A stretch of DNA of 64,000 nucleotides from Chiloscyllium plagiosum (GCF_004010195.1 NC_057718.1:23662532-23726531); one strand, 5' to 3'; shown: positions 9,888 through 23,414, numbered from the stretch's first letter. Made by a program: numbers and translations. Notes: generated by a model from the letters alone, not told the origin.

Positions 9888-10855
9888 TATATATTAATGA
9901 TTTGGAGAAAGATATAGGTGGTCCGATTAGCAAGCTTGCAGATGACACTAAGATTGGTGGAGTATCAGATAGTTGGGGGTACTATCAGCGAGTGCAGCAG
10001 ATTATAGATATTTTGGAGAGTTGGGCAGAGAATTGGCAGATGGAGTTCAATCCGGGCAAATACAGGATGATGTATTTTGGAAGATCCAATTCAAGAGCAA
10101 ATTATCCAGTTAATGGAAAAGCTCTGGGGAAAATTGATGTACAGAGAGATCTGGATGTTCAGGTTCATTGTACCCTGAAGGTGGCAACGCAGGTCAGTAG
10201 AGTGGTCAAGAAGTCATATGGCATGCTTTCCTTCATAGGACGGAGTGTTGAGTACAAGAGTTGGCAGATGATGTTACAGTTATATAGGGCTTTGGTTCGG
10301 CCACATTTGGAATACTACATACAGTTCTGGTCACCACATTACCAAAAGGATGTGGATGCTATGGAGAGGGTGCAAAGGAGGTTAACCAAGATGTTGCCTA
10401 CTATGGAGGGTGCGAGCTATAAAGAGATGCTGAGTACATTAGGATTATTTTCATTAGAAAAGTGAAGGTTGAGCGGGGACCTGATTGAGGTCTACAACAT
10501 CATGAAAGGTATAGGCAGGGTGGATAGCAAGAAGCTTTTTCCCAGAGTGGGGTACTCAATTACTAGGGATCACGAGCTCAAGGTGAGAGGGGAAAGGTTT
10601 AAGGGAGATATGCATGGAAAGTTCTTTACGCAGAGGATGGTGGGTGCATGGAACGTATTGGCAGTGGATGTAGTCGAGGTGGGTATAATCGTGTCATTTA
10701 AGATGTATCTAGACAGATACATGAATGGGCAGGGAGTAGAGGGATACAGACCTTTAGAAAATAAGTGACAGGTTTAGATAGAAAATTTGGGTTGGTGCAG
10801 GCTTGGAGGGCCGAAGGGCTTATTCCTGTGCTGTAATATTCTTTGTTCTTTGTTC
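9888..10855 (+). mobile_element. CR1 LINE, 5'-truncated, inserted in Gypsy pol
   Basis: ORFs 9902-10465 and 10469-10768: ISKLADDTKIGG, WQMEFN, LYRALVRPHLEY..QFWSP; ends in (ctttgtt)n tail. Confidence 0.92.
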
Positions 10856-11382
10856 ATAAGCTGGCCTCTATCCTGGCATCTTTCCATCAACTCCTAAAAG
10901 TGGGGTCAGCCTTGGAAATGGTCATTTAGCCAAGTCACAGCTTTCAGGGAAGTGAAAAAGCAGCTATCATCCTTGAAGGTATTGGCACACTATGATCCCC
11001 AAGTAAGATTCTGGTAAAGACATGTGGCACCATGCAGCCCATAATGAAATCTGCAAACTCGCAAATGGGGCAGGAGCAAAATGTCCCTGGCTTCTTGGAA
11101 CTGGAGAGAAGGCTATTGGAACCCATGGGGTCTCCCTCTCCATCCATGGTTGAAGAGACCTCAGAACCTGAGATGGGCACAGCAGAAGTCACCGCATCGG
11201 CACTTTTGCCACCTGAAGAAGAGAATGAATTTCTTCTGAAATGCTCCAAGCACGAGGCAAACTAATGCACACTGTCTATCTCAGAGGCAAAGTTAGAGAG
11301 ACCTGATCCAGTGCTAAACCATTCCAAGCAGAGCTACAATAAAAAGAACTGGCCTATGTCCTTGGACTCAGATGGGGAATGA

Positions 11383-11615
11383 TGTAGTGAATGCAATAAT
11401 GTGAGCCAAGTGGACCTCATAGAGTATGAGTTCCCGAGGGGGCTATTAATCTGGTCCAATCAGGGAGTCCTGGCTGACAGATAAAAACAGGAATGTTAGA
11501 CATTCTGACACCTGGAGAGTTGACACGGTTGAGGCTGTACCAGAGTCAACGACTTCCTACGTGTAAATAAAGGATGACTTGATGATGGGATGCTGGTCTC
11601 TGTGAAGTTATTTCA
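11383..11615 (+). repeat. 3' LTR of the Gypsy element (uninterrupted)
   Basis: TG...CA, follows the purine tract; contains CCAAT (11456), GATAAAAA TATA-like box (~11480) and AATAAA (11566). Confidence 0.85.
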
Positions 11616-11744
11616 GCCATAATGTAGCAAACGTAGCAGTCAGTACATGCATAGCAGCGTTCCCTTTACCAACAGCGGTGTGATAATGGCCAGATGATAC
11701 CACCATACCATCAGCATAAATATCACTCTTTCTCAGCTGCTTGC

Positions 11745-11865
11745 AATTCTGACAAAGCGTCACTGGACTTAAAATGTTAGCCTTTTTTTTTTCCTCTCCC
11801 CTGATGCTGCCAGATCTGCTGAGTTTCTCCAGCACTTTCTGTTCTTGTTTGTTTTTAATCTCCAG
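11745..11865 (+). mobile_element. Short Penelope-like/hammerhead-type dispersed repeat, decayed
   Basis: gatgctgccagatctgctgagtttctccagca motif, recurring at ~25895-26030, 30200-30310, 48135-48235, 58655-58885 and 60360-60845. Confidence 0.6.
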
Positions 11866-11879
11866 TAGTGATGTTAATT

Positions 11880-12100
11880 GAGGGCTAAACATTGGCCAGA
11901 ACACTAGCAATAACTCTCCTGCTTGCCAAATCTTGGAATGTCGCGATTATACTCAGCTGAATGTAAATCTCATCTGAAAGGCAACATCTTTGACAGTCCA
12001 CTGGGTGTGTCAGCCTGGGTTACATGCTTAAACCTCTGGATCTGCACTTGATTCCCCCAGCCTTCTAACTCCGAGGTGAGAGTTCGACCCCCACTGAGCC
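11880..12100 (-). mobile_element. DeuSINE-like (SacSINE1/AmnSINE1-type) relic
   Basis: tctcatctgaaaggcaacatctttgacagt...gtcagcctgg...ccactgagcc resembles the reverse complement of the Deu domain and tRNA head; similar relics at 14720-14950 and 28900-29270. Confidence 0.55.
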
Positions 12101-13329
12101 ATGTTTTTTTTTTGGTGGGGTGTGGGGGTGGGGTTAGTTCTTTGTCTGGATCAGTGAGTGCTTAACACTTTCCTCCTGAAGGGCTGAATTGCTGGGATTA
12201 CCATGAACTGAAGAGAACCCAACGGTTACACATACCAAAGAAGAACGTCATAGTGTGTTTGAAATCATTTCCCTGGCTCCCTCATCAAATTAGTTTAAAA
12301 ACTGAGAGTCAGCTCCACTAAACAGTCAGGCTTGAGAGGACTGGAAAAAAGGCCAGTCACTGTCTGGATCTGCAACGTTTCTCCTTCAACCAAGGACTAT
12401 GGCTGAATACTGTAATCAGAACAAAAAGAAGCAGATGACACCATCATTGTAATCAATTTGCCATCCATATGTAATGCCCAAGGGTGACACAAACAGAAAT
12501 CACATTGTTCCTAACTGTGCAGAATTCAGGGCACTCAGCACTTCTACTGAGACTGAACAAAGTTGATCTCCAGCGTCTTGTCATTGCTGTTGTTTTTCAA
12601 GCATCCTTGCTTTTAATTAACTGCAGTGGGTTACTGTGTTGCTTGGCAGTGAAGCCATCTTTCGCACTCATTGGTTAATACATTTTTATTTAGACTGCTA
12701 AGTGTAAGACCAGGACATTATCAAGGACTTCTTCAGAGTATTTATTTAAGCTGTGTTGCACTGCGTTTCAGGCGCTGTGATCCCATGCGCTGTCTATATT
12801 TCATTGAAGATCTTTCTGCACACTCCTGGTTTCTTGCGTATTTTTCAATGTATGAGATTGAAACCGAATTCAACATTTTTCACCCTTCTATTAGTCGTGG
12901 CTAAACTATCTAAATTCGTAACATTGAAATTCAGTGCTATGTTCCTATAACCATAATGAATTACCTTTGTTACATGTACTCCATAGGTTTTCTAAGCTAA
13001 CACCTGAGACAGTCACATCCTGTTATCACTTCAATATCTGAAGTTCTTTCTTCAAATGTATCATTTCTCAATGAAAATTACCCTCCATTCTTCAATCTTG
13101 CCATGCTTATAATTTATTTGCAAAGTTGCAATGATTACTCTGTCTCACCCTCTTTGAGAGGTGGAAGATCAGGGAAGGCCCAAACAAATCTGTGTTAACA
13201 TAACGACTTTCACAACCATGATTTCCCCAAAATGGCTGCTTGTCAATGGACTGTTTTGAAACCTATTGTTGTTGTAATGTATGAAACTCAACAGTTGGTT
13301 CATAAAGTTAAGGCAATGAGATATAATTA

Positions 13330-14570
13330 GAGCGAAGTGTGCAGGGGACTGTGAAACTTTCCAAAGGGACAGAGAGATAGTTTAAGTCAGTGGGCAAAAG
13401 TCTGGCAGATGAAGTACATGTTAATAAATGTGATGTCATCCATTTTGGTAGAATTAACAGCAAAAAGGACTATTCCTGAAATGGTAAATAATTTAGGGGT
13501 GGTGCTGCCTTACAGTGCCAGGGACCTGGCTTCAATCCCAGCCTTGGGCTGTGTGCAGTTAGCATATTCTCCCCGTGTCTGCATGATTCTCTCTGGATGC
13601 TCTGGTTTCCTCCCACAGTCCAAAGATGTACAGGTTAGGTGAATTGGCCATGCTAAATTGCCCATAGTGTTCAGAGATGTGTAGGTGAGGTGCATTAGTC
13701 AGAGGTAAATGTTGGATAATAGGGTAGGAGATCTGGATGGGTTGCTCTTCGGCAGGTCGGTATGGACTTGTTGGGCCAAAGGGACTGTTTCCACACATTA
13801 GAGATTCTAACAACAAAAGATTCTAAAATGTTGCAGCATGCTGCTGGGCAGAGGGACCTGGGTGTCCTTGTGCATGAATCACAGAGGGTCGGTCTGCAGG
13901 TACAACAGGTAATTAAGAAGGCAAATGGGATTTTGTCCTTCATTGCTAAAGGGATTGAGTTTAAAAGCAGGGAAGTTTTGTATAGGGTGCTGGTGAGGCC
14001 ACACCTGGAGTACTGTGTGTAGTTTTGATCTCTTTACTTGAGAAAGGATGTACTGGCATGGAAGGGCTACAGAGGAGGTTCGCTCGGTTGATTCCGGAGT
14101 TGAAGGTGTTATAAGGAGAGACTGAGTAGATCGTGATTATATTCATCAGGATTTAGAAGAATGGAGGGGGGGGGGGGGGAATCTTATAGAAACATTTAAA
14201 ATTATGAAGGGAATAGATATGTTAGAAGTAGAGAGGATGTTTCCACTGGCGGGTGAAACTAGGACAAGAGGACATAGCCTCAACATTAGGGGGAGCAAAT
14301 TTAGGACTGAATTGAGAAGGAACTTCTTCACCCAGAAGGTTGTGCATCTGTGGAATTCTCTGCCCAGTGAAATAGTTCATGCTACTTCAGTAAATGTTTT
14401 TAAAGCTAAGATAGATAATTTTTGAACAGGAAAGGAATTAAGGGATATGGTGAGAGGGTGGGTAAGTGGAGCTGAGTCCATGAAAAGATCAGCCATGATC
14501 TTACTGAATGGAAGAGCAGGGTCAAAGGGCCAGACAGCCTTCTCCTGCTCCCAAATCTTATGTTCTTATG
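13330..14570 (+). mobile_element. CR1 LINE 3' part, interrupted by an HE1-type SINE
   Basis: QRDLGVLVHES, LYRVLVRPHLEYCV and RTRGHSL...FRTELRRNFFTQ; ends in cttatgttcttatg tail. Confidence 0.9.
13496..13826 (+). mobile_element. HE1-type tRNA-derived SINE nested in CR1
   Basis: tRNA-like head (…ttcaatccca), V-SINE-like core ttctccccgtgtctgc…ggtttcctcccacagtccaaagatgt and ggccatgctaaattgccc. Confidence 0.85.
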
Positions 14571-14719
14571 ATTAAGATAATGTCTGGTTAATGACCAAAA
14601 ATTGCATGGATGCTCAAAACCTGAAATGTTGTAAAAATGGCAAATATTGAAAATGCTCAATTGGTCAGGCAGCGTCTCTGAGAGTGAAGCAATTTGTTAT
14701 GTCAACAACTTTTTGTCGG

Positions 14720-14950
14720 TGTTCACTGAAGGATAACTATTGGCCAGGGTGAACTTCCAAGCTCCACTTCCAAATAAAAGTATTTATCTTTTAAAAGTGA
14801 AAGAGGGCCTTGGTCTAACATGTCATCCATTCGATGCCAGACCCAAAAGAGCAGCACTCCCTCAGTGCTGCATTGGAGTGTCAGCCTGGATTATGTACTT
14901 AAGCATTTGGAGGGGCCTTGAATCCAATACATTTTTCAATCTGAGGCTCT
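14720..14950 (-). mobile_element. DeuSINE-like relic
   Basis: gcagcactccctcagtgctgcattggagtgtcagcctggattatgt, reverse complement of the Deu-domain core. Confidence 0.6.
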
Positions 14951-17514
14951 GAACAAGGCCAGTGCAGTTTAATGAAAGCAAATTATTGCTTCTTCAAATT
15001 CTTGGATTAGCCTCCCTGCTAAATCTAATTTCATTTCAAAAGATTGGCTGGCAGGAAGGTTGGGGCTTTATTAGGGGCTGGGATAATATGATGGACATTA
15101 CATTTGTACCAGTCTGTCACTGTGACTCAGAAACAGCAATGCTATTTGATCTTTCCCTTTCTAACCCAAATGTGTCAAGTTGCAGCACCTGGATGTTCTT
15201 ACCATGTGGATGACTTAACAAACAGCTGGAATAGAAAGTGGAACATTTAGATTCAAAACTGAAGTAATCAACTCATCATAAAGTAGCTGTACAAGGTACA
15301 AATGAGTTAATGTTTTGGATTGGAGCCCATCATCAAAACTTTACACTGTTTATTGGTCATATTGTCTAAAAGTAAAGAACATAAGTGAGAGCAAAGAACA
15401 CGTTCAAACACTAGCTAAGAAATAGAGTGAGCCATAGTGAATCAAGTAGAAAAGAGGAATTGATGAAATGGCAGAAGTGATATAAGGTAGTGATTGGATG
15501 TACCAATGCCACATCAGACACTGTCTCAACTCAGTTAAACAGGAAAGTTTGCAGTGTCATTCCAAAGATAATTTGTATTAACATCCTAAACTATCTTTTT
15601 TTTTGCTTTGTGCAATTGGTTAAGGTATGTCCCAACCTAACAAGACACAAACAATATGAAAAGGAATATTAGGAACTTCACTCTTCAAGCTCCAGCCGAT
15701 TTTGGTATAAGAGCTGAGTATGCCAGGCACCATTGCAGCATAATCCACATTAAATTGTTCACTCTGGGATCTTTTGCAAAGTTTTGCTGAGCTGTTAATG
15801 AGAGGAAGATGGCATATCCTTAAAAGGGTTTTATATTCTGTGGTGTTACATATCAATGACCGAATGGGAGTGATTGCATTTGTTTCTGAGCGTATAAATT
15901 GTCAAATAAGGCTGGTTTAATTGAGATTGCTTGCAATACATTTTAGCAATGGATGATGCTATTAGTTGGCAACTAGAACTAAGTAGGGTGTAATGGATGC
16001 TCCTTTATGTTTGATAATACAGTTGGTATTGATTGCTCTGATACTTCATTAAGAATAACTTGTGTTGCTGTGTTATTTCTCAAATGTTAAGCAAGGCCTC
16101 GGATTAGTGCATAAAGAGCAACACCACACTTAACAGAGAAAGGAAGAGACGTTGAAAGCAAATATCCTATAAAAAGAAGGCTGTTTTCGCAAGTAAATTA
16201 CAGGCAAGAAAGAAGATGAGAAAAATAATACAGAGGAAGTGAGTTTCAGAGAATAGAAGTATCAAAGGTGTCAGTGGAATGGCTTCTAATGGTGCAACAG
16301 CATAAACAGGAAGAAGGGATAAACTAGCGTTGGGACAGGAGTGTGAGACGAAGGAAAGTTGGATGGAGGATATCTTTGGATGAGGGTGGAATGAGACCAT
16401 AGTAATATTTGAATTTGAGAACTCTGAGCCAGTGAAATTAGACATAGACCAAGCTGAAGGTGTGGGTGAAGTGTACTTTTACTGATATGTTGGTTGTGTT
16501 GTAACTGTGGGTCAAACAGAGTGCCAGTGTTTCTTTTAAAGGGCTAACAAGGCCAGCATGGGGTATGCTAGAGCATGAAGCAGAGGATGCTCTGGGACAC
16601 TGCAGTTGGAACTGACACTTTCAGCAAACAAGTATTAGCTGTGACCTGAAAGGGGAAGAGAGCACTACAAAGTTACTTTTACTGCCACTTTCCATAATGG
16701 TTCACATGACAGTCCTAGGGTGTGGCATTAACTGGGACAGATGGGAGATAAACTCTCTGGGAGTTTATCTCCCCCCCAAATCATCTCTCCCCCAAATCGC
16801 GTAAAATCATCCCTGCAATCTCCCCTTAACACCCGCACACCACCTCCCTCACCACCCTCCTTTCACACGTTGTGAGTGGGAAGAATCGATGGGATTGGGA
16901 GATGTGGGTTAGAACGGCAAGGTGACAGATCCAAGTGGACTCACTGAATAACTGTAAAAACTGATTTCACAAACGCAAAATATCAATTGGGAGCCTTCAC
17001 AGGGCACTTTGCATGATTTCCATGGACTGATGCCATGATTTTCAAATTTGAGACAAATTTGAGGTCCTGGTTGTCAAGCTTCTATAAAAGAAAGAAGGTT
17101 TGTTGTTTAGACAGCATCTTCAGGACACCCCAATTTGCTTTCCCAGTATCAACGTTAAAAACTCACACAACACCAGGTTATAGTCCAACAGGTTTATTTG
17201 GAAACACTAGCTTTCAGAGCATTGCTCCTTCATCAGGTGGTTGTGGAATATAAGATCATAAGACACAGAATTTATAGCAAAAGATTACAGTGTCATGCAA
17301 CTGAAATGATATGTTGAACAAACCTTGATTGTTAGGTCTTCCATCTTTTAGAACGGGTTGCAAGTTTCGGTTCACTAATACGTAAATCCCAGAACTTCTT
17401 TTAAGTCACCTTCTCGAGATAACTCAAGGTTTTATAACAGAAGGTGACATCTCAGCTCAGACAATGCATTAAAGGTGTGAGGTCAGAGTTTGTCTGTATT
17501 ACAAACTTGAGTCA

Positions 17515-17610
17515 TTCCTGAAGAAAGGGTTATGCCCGAAACATCGATTCTCCTGTTCCTTGGATGCTGCCTGACCTGCTGCGCTTTTCCAGCAACACAT
17601 TTTCAGCTCA
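17515..17610 (+). mobile_element. Short second-family Penelope-like terminus nested in the above
   Basis: attcctgaagaaagggttatgcccgaaacatcgattctcctgttccttggatgctgcctgacctgctgcgc, near-identical to 49821-49913. Confidence 0.8.
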
Positions 17611-17745
17611 GACTGGTTCTACTTCCAAAGTGGAATTTACGAAATATTACATGGATTGACTGCCTGAATATTGTGCATTTTTTTGAGCAAAGTAGAATGT
17701 ATCTGCAAGTATAATTCTGCGAATACAAATTCACCCCATAGCCTT

Positions 17746-18012
17746 ATGTGTGTGTGTGCATGCATGTGTGTGAGCGAGAGAAAGTGTGTCTGTGTGCATG
17801 TGACTGCATGCATGTGAGTGTGAGTGCACGTGAGAAATTTTGTGTTTGCGTGTGTGAAAGCTTGGTAAAGTGTCTATGTGTGGGTGTGATGGAGTACAAG
17901 TCTGTGAGAGGGTGTGTGTGTGTGGCTGTGAGTGTAGGGGCTGTATGTGTGTCTGTGTGTATATGAGAGAGAGAGGGTGTGTGTGTGTGTCTGTGTCTAT
18001 GTCTGTGAGTGC
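17746..18012. repeat. Imperfect (GT)n microsatellite
   Basis: Direct reading. Confidence 0.9.
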
Positions 18013-18201
18013 ATAGTGTAGTGGGGTCATCCTCATGGGTACCGAACTTGGCTATCAGCCTCTCCTAGGCCACTTTGCGTTGTTACCTGTCCCGAAGTCC
18101 ACGTTGGAGAACAGTTACTTGTAGATCTGAGGCCAAATGTCCCTAACCGCTGAAGTGTTCCCCATTTGGGAGGCAGCTCCCCAGTCGGCGGTGACTCCAC
18201 T

Positions 18202-18482
18202 ACACGCACGCACACCCACACGCATGCACGCACACCCACACACATGCACGCACACCCACACACATGCACGCACACCCACACGCATGCACGCACACCCACA
18301 CACATGCACGCACACCCACACACATGCACGCACACCCACACGCACGCACGCACACCCACACGCACGCACACCCACACACACGCACACACCCACCCACACG
18401 CACGCACACACACGCACGCACGCACACCCACATGCACGCACACCCACATGCACGTACACATACATGCGTGCACACACACACA
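18202..18482. repeat. Compound (CA/CG)n repeat with ~20-bp higher-order unit cacgcacacccacac(a/g)catg
   Basis: Direct reading; explains the cluster of low-complexity ORFs at 18033-18564. Confidence 0.92.
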
Positions 18483-18812
18483 AGTAAAGCATAAAAAAAT
18501 GACATGACTGCCTGCATGTAGTTGTTAAATGAGCAATTTGCAATTTTCCTACTGTTTTGGTCACTGTGGCCTATTCGGCCCCATTTTATTTCCTTTCTTG
18601 ACTGGACATCTTCAGTGTTGCAATCCTATGAATAATTCAACCTTTGGCATCTTAAGTTAAAAATGTCACAATGTCAGATTATTGTCCAACAGGTTTATTT
18701 GCAAGTACTAGCTTATAGAGTGCTGCTCCTTCATCAGGTGGCTGTGGAGCAGGATCATAAGACAAAGAATTTATAGCAAAAGATCTCAGTGTCATGCAAT
18801 TAAAATGATATA

Positions 18813-19707
18813 CAGAGGAACTTCCATAATCCCAACACTGCCACCCGCCCCCCCAACCCATCCAGTACCACCTCCCGCCCTCCTGCCCATCCCCAACCCC
18901 ATCCAAGACCACCCCACCTGCTCCCCCAAACCCATCCATCACCACCTCCTGCCCANNNNNNNNNNNNNNNNNNNNNNNNNNNNNNNNNNNNNNNNNNNNN
19001 NNNNNNNNNNNNNNNNNNNNNNNNNNNNNNNNNNNNNNNNNNNNNNNNNNNNNNNNNNNNNNNNNNNNNNNNNNNNNNNNNNNNNNNNNNNNNNNNNNNN
19101 NNNNNNNNNNNNNNNNNNNNNNNNNNNNNNNNNNNNNNNNNNNNNNNNNNNNNNNNNNCTCTCCGCCCCCTTTACCCTGTCCACCCCCACCCACTGTCCA
19201 AACCCCGTCCGCATCCATGGCCCGGCCACATTCCCGTGTTCCCCCTCCCCATGCGCCCCTGCCCCATTCATCCCCCTTCCCCCTCCGGGTCAGCCGGACA
19301 GGACACTAACAGTCAGATTGCTGCTTCCTTTGTCAGGTGAGTCTGCAAAAACACACACACACCTTTTTACTGCAAATTTTTCACAAGATCCACTTCTTGC
19401 CTGTACAGGACAATGTTAGAGAGAATATCTGGGGAAGGGGGAGTTTAGGGTTCACCCCTGTGTAGAACCCGAGGGAGAGTGGTTGGGAGGTCAGTCATTT
19501 GGAGATGGTGCCTGGGCTCCCACCAATGTCCAGCATGATTCCTGGTAGCAGTTCAGTGAGCCGAGATCATTTTTAATCACTGTAAACAAAAGACGTGATC
19601 GGGGTTGAAGCAGCTCTTTGATGTAATGTTTCTATCGGGACCATGATATCTCCTTGGGATAATCTGATTTTCAGTTAATTGATATTCGGATAATCAAGGT
19701 TCCTCTG
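18813..19707. mobile_element. Non-autonomous Tc1/mariner-pogo (Tigger-like) DNA transposon, contains an assembly gap
   Basis: Imperfect TIRs CAGAGGAACTTCCATAATCC / GGATAATCAAGGTTCCTCTG flanked by TA (18811-18812, 19708-19709). Removing it restores the sequence seen at 17301-17325. Confidence 0.8.
18956..19158. other. Assembly gap
   Basis: Run of N. Confidence 1.
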
Positions 19708-20498
19708 TATTGAACAAACCTAGATTGCTGTTAAGTCTTTCATCTTTGAGAATAGGTTGCAGGTTTCGTTTCATTAATATGTAAATCCCAGAAGTTCTTT
19801 CAAATCACATTCTCAAGATAACTTCAGGTATTATAAAATAAAAAGGTGACACCTCTGCTTAACATCAATCTAGGTTTGTTCAATGTATTGTACCAGGTGC
19901 ACGCATGACTCTATGATCTTTTGTGATAAATTCTGTGTCTTATGATCCTCTCCACAGCTACTTGATGAAGGAGCAGCGCCAGTACTTCCAAATAAACCTG
20001 TTGGACACTAATCTGGTGTTGCGTGATTTTTAACTTTGTCCACCCCAGTCCAACACCGGCACCTCCACACTTTGGTATCTTAGGCATGCAGTTATCTCTT
20101 TGATGTCAGCCAAGAGTGTGAGGTTGAGCCAACAGATGATATGATTCCTTGTCAAACAGCATTCTCAATAATGATATGCCTTTATATGTTGGATCATATA
20201 ACATTTGGGACAATAATTGGTTCTTGTTGAAACACTTGGCTTGAAGTTTATGAGCAAAACTGTTTACATTGCCATAATATCACAGACAACCCCAGCTGAA
20301 GCACTATGAGGTGATGGTGGGGTCTTAATTTTTCAAATGACAAAGCTTCCCACAAACCACCTCCCAACATGACTTCCTGTGTGAATGGAGACAGGTTTGG
20401 GTGTGGGCGATTAACCTGCTATCAGGAGGAAGGTCTGTCACTAAACTATTTAATTAGGCCAAGCACTTCCAGTTCAACCAGAGTTATACATTTGACAC

Positions 20499-20620
20499 AC
20501 AGATTCTGGATCAGTGGTGCTGGAAGAGCACAGCAATTCAGGCAGCATCCGACGAGCAGCAAAATCGACGTTTCGGGCAAAAGCCCTTCATCAGGAATTT
20601 GACACCCTTCATCAGGAATG
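20499..20620 (-). mobile_element. Short Penelope-like terminus with hammerhead core
   Basis: Minus strand CTGATGA-A-GGGC-TTTT-GCCC-GAAAC-GTC (20567-20594); flanking tttgacac duplication at 20491 and 20598. Confidence 0.8.
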
Positions 20621-20789
20621 ACCAGCCCTGTAATTCCCCAGATTTTAGGAATCCCGAAAGTTGGAGTGAGGCAGCAGGGCTGGTTTTTTCAGGTATGTTT
20701 ATAGCACTGCTTGTGGATCAGTAGGAGCAAGAGTGTGTCCCCTATCCATTCCAGAAAGCTTAGCTGCTTTCCCCCCTGCCCACAGCAAG

Positions 20790-21452
20790 AGTCATAGAGT
20801 CATAGAGATGTACAGCATGGAGACAGATCCTTCGGTCCAACCCGTCCATGCCGACCAGATATCCCAACCCAATTTAGTCCCACCTGCCAGCACCTGGCCC
20901 ATATCCCTCCAAACCTTTCCTATTCATATACCCATCCAAATGCCTCTTAAATGTTGCAATTGTACCAGCCTCCACCACTTCCTATGGCACCTCATTCCAT
21001 ACACACACCACCCTCTGTGTGAAAAAGTTGCCCTGTAGGTCTCTTTTATATCTTTCCCCTCTCACCCTAAACCTATGCCCTCTAGTTCTGGACTCCCTGA
21101 TACCAGGGAAAAGACCTTGCCTATTTATCCTATCCATGCCCCTCATAATTTTGTAAACATCTGTAAGGTCACCCCTCAGCCTCTGACGCTCCAGGGAAAA
21201 CAGCCCCAGCCTGTTCAGCCTCTCCCTATAGCTCAAATCCTCCAACCCTGGCAACATCCTTGTGAATCTTTTCTGAATCCTTTTAAGTTTCACAACATCT
21301 TTCTGATAGGAAGGAGACCAGAATTGCACGCGATATTCCAACACTGGCCTAACCAATGTCCTGTACAGCCACAACATGACCTTCCAACTCCTGTACTCAA
21401 TACTCTGACCAAGAAAGGAAAACATACCAAACGCCTTTTTCACTATCCTATC
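20790..21452 (-). mobile_element. CR1/HER1 LINE 3' fragment
   Basis: ORF 20982-21509: LYRTLVRPVLEYRVQFWSP…RGDL..VYKIMRG; catagagtcatagag tail. Confidence 0.93.
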
Positions 21453-23414
21453 TCCCTGTCCCTCACAGAGTTTACTTAGACTCTTGATCTCTTCTGTGAT
21501 CCTTTCCATACCCTCACTTGCAGACCACTGACCTCTTCAACACCCCTGCCCCTGTCCCACCCCATCTCTGTGGCCTGGTGTCAGAGGCCCTCCTGCAAAT
21601 AGCCAGCCAAATCTTTTCAATTTGCCTGGCTCAGGATGGGAAAGGGGAGCTGAAACATTTCATTTTAAGAAAAGATGAATTTAATTCTGTTTGTCCTCCC
21701 TTTTGATGGATTAAACATGAAAACAGAACATTTGGTGTAGTTCAAGACTGCTCATGTTAATTGGATAAATCACCCTCATTAGAATCTATTGGCACCATGT
21801 TTCAAATGTTAATCAAGCAAAAGCCAATTTAGCATTGGTGCTGATAACACTCTCATGACAAATATTGATGTCACGAAAACCCAAGAGTTTAAAAGACAAA
21901 TGTCATTGTTTTGCCTAGAGCAAACTGGCAGACAAAGACTTTGTGCAACACATGACCAAAACAGCATTATTATCAAACTCGGCAAGCTCAGCCACCATCA
22001 TCAACCAACTGCAAACTGCCCTGATAAATCATAGTCCTGAATCATGATTGTGTGTGTTCATCTTTATTTGGTATTTTTATTTGCTCCATAGGAACACTTC
22101 ATTAGAGATGCAGTATGAAAAATAAAAGTGAAATTTTGATATCTCAAAGCATTGCACCATGTTGGAATATAAGGTCATTTTTATTTTACGGACAAATCAG
22201 CGAACTTGCCCCTTCAGTGCGCAATCATAAATTACTCACTTCTCTTTGGGTTGCATTGGGCTAAGGAACAAGTACTGGCTGGATGATTAGGCAGGAAGCA
22301 GTGGTTTGAACATTTTAGATTCCACCTGAAACAATAGGTGGAAACTTGGCTTCATACCATATCTGAAGTAAAGTAATACAAAAAAAATGCTCCATTGTAC
22401 AGTACTTGAGCCAGCCTAGTTTATGCATGATTTGGAACTTGAACACCCTACATTTTTTTATTCAGGAGTCCTACTGACTAAACTGAGCTGACACTTACAC
22501 ATTTTTCAACTATTGCACCAGAGTCTTGAACTCTTTCTTTGGAAGTTAGCTAATTTTGAGATCAGATGATGGGTGAATCCCCTTCCTGATAAGGTGACTG
22601 CCACATGGCTCACAGTCACATGTGATTCGATCCACATTGATGGACATATGCATCCCAACATGTGATCATCTGATTGATCAGAAACTAATTTTCTTTCTCA
22701 TGTTGTTGCTAAGATAAACCTCGGGCCAGTAGAGGTGCCATAGCCAGCTTGACTAAAATCAGCCAGTTCAGCAGATCACAAGCACAGAGCATCCTTACCT
22801 ATACAGTTCACATTGCTGTAGGCAACCAACAATTTGGTGAATTATTTTTGTTCATATTGAAGCTACTGAGTCACGTTATTTGTTAAACACATTTTAGTTA
22901 TCTTGCTGTTCTGGACTCTCACCCCGCCTGAAGCACTGGGTTTAGTTTCGGACACATCTCCTCATGGGAATACATTGATCTTGGAGGAAGTTCACCACAG
23001 CTGAATCAAAACCTAGAGGGTTACAGTATGAAGCCAAGCTGCACGTATCTGGCTATATTCCTATGAGTCTACTAAATTGATGGGTGCTCAAATTGAGAAA
23101 GGAAAACACGAACAGGATTTGATAGGGTAGATAGTGACAAACCATTTTTTTCTGTGGCTGCATCCAAAAAAAAAGGACCATAATCTTAAAATTAGAGATC
23201 GGTTATTTTTGAATGAAGTCTGGTTTCATTTTGTGCAGTAACTCTGTCATCCAAAAGATTGTGGATGCTAAATCAATTGTAATTCTCAAGACTGAGATAA
23301 TGGAGTTATGTTTAGTAAAGGCATCAAGAGTTTCAGATTCAGAGAGTTGCAATAGAGATCAACCACGATCTAACTGAACAGAGGTTCAACAAGTACAGCA
23401 CTTACTGCGAAATG

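Larger units (their letters stand above)
5266..11615 (+). mobile_element. Ty3/Gypsy LTR retrotransposon, decayed, with nested insertions
   Basis: TG...CA termini, 5-bp TSD GCCAT at 5261-5265 and 11616-11620, two homologous LTRs, PBS-like TGGCGA at 7753, purine tract at 11370-11382, and gag/protease/RT relics in order. Confidence 0.9.
17155..18175 (-). mobile_element. Penelope-like element 3' part (GIY-YIG C-terminus, GT-rich tract, terminal repeat)
   Basis: Minus strand of 18030-18170 reads [38 protein letters not shown]; hammerhead-like CTGATGA...GAAA on the minus strand at ~17210-17237. Confidence 0.8.
18655..20070. mobile_element. Penelope-like element termini in inverted arrangement, interrupted by a MITE
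   Basis: 18655-18812 plus 19708-19855 match 17155-17455; 19865-20035 is the same terminus in the opposite orientation. Confidence 0.8.

Noticed and set aside
12671..12950. Possible host coding exon
   Set aside because: No recognisable protein similarity in any frame and no consistent splice-site pair.
18033..18564. Cluster of Cys/Val- and His/Thr-rich ORFs
   Set aside because: Translation of the (CA/CG)n microsatellite.
18679..19419. Long ORFs of 110-204 aa
   Set aside because: Artefacts of reading through an N gap.
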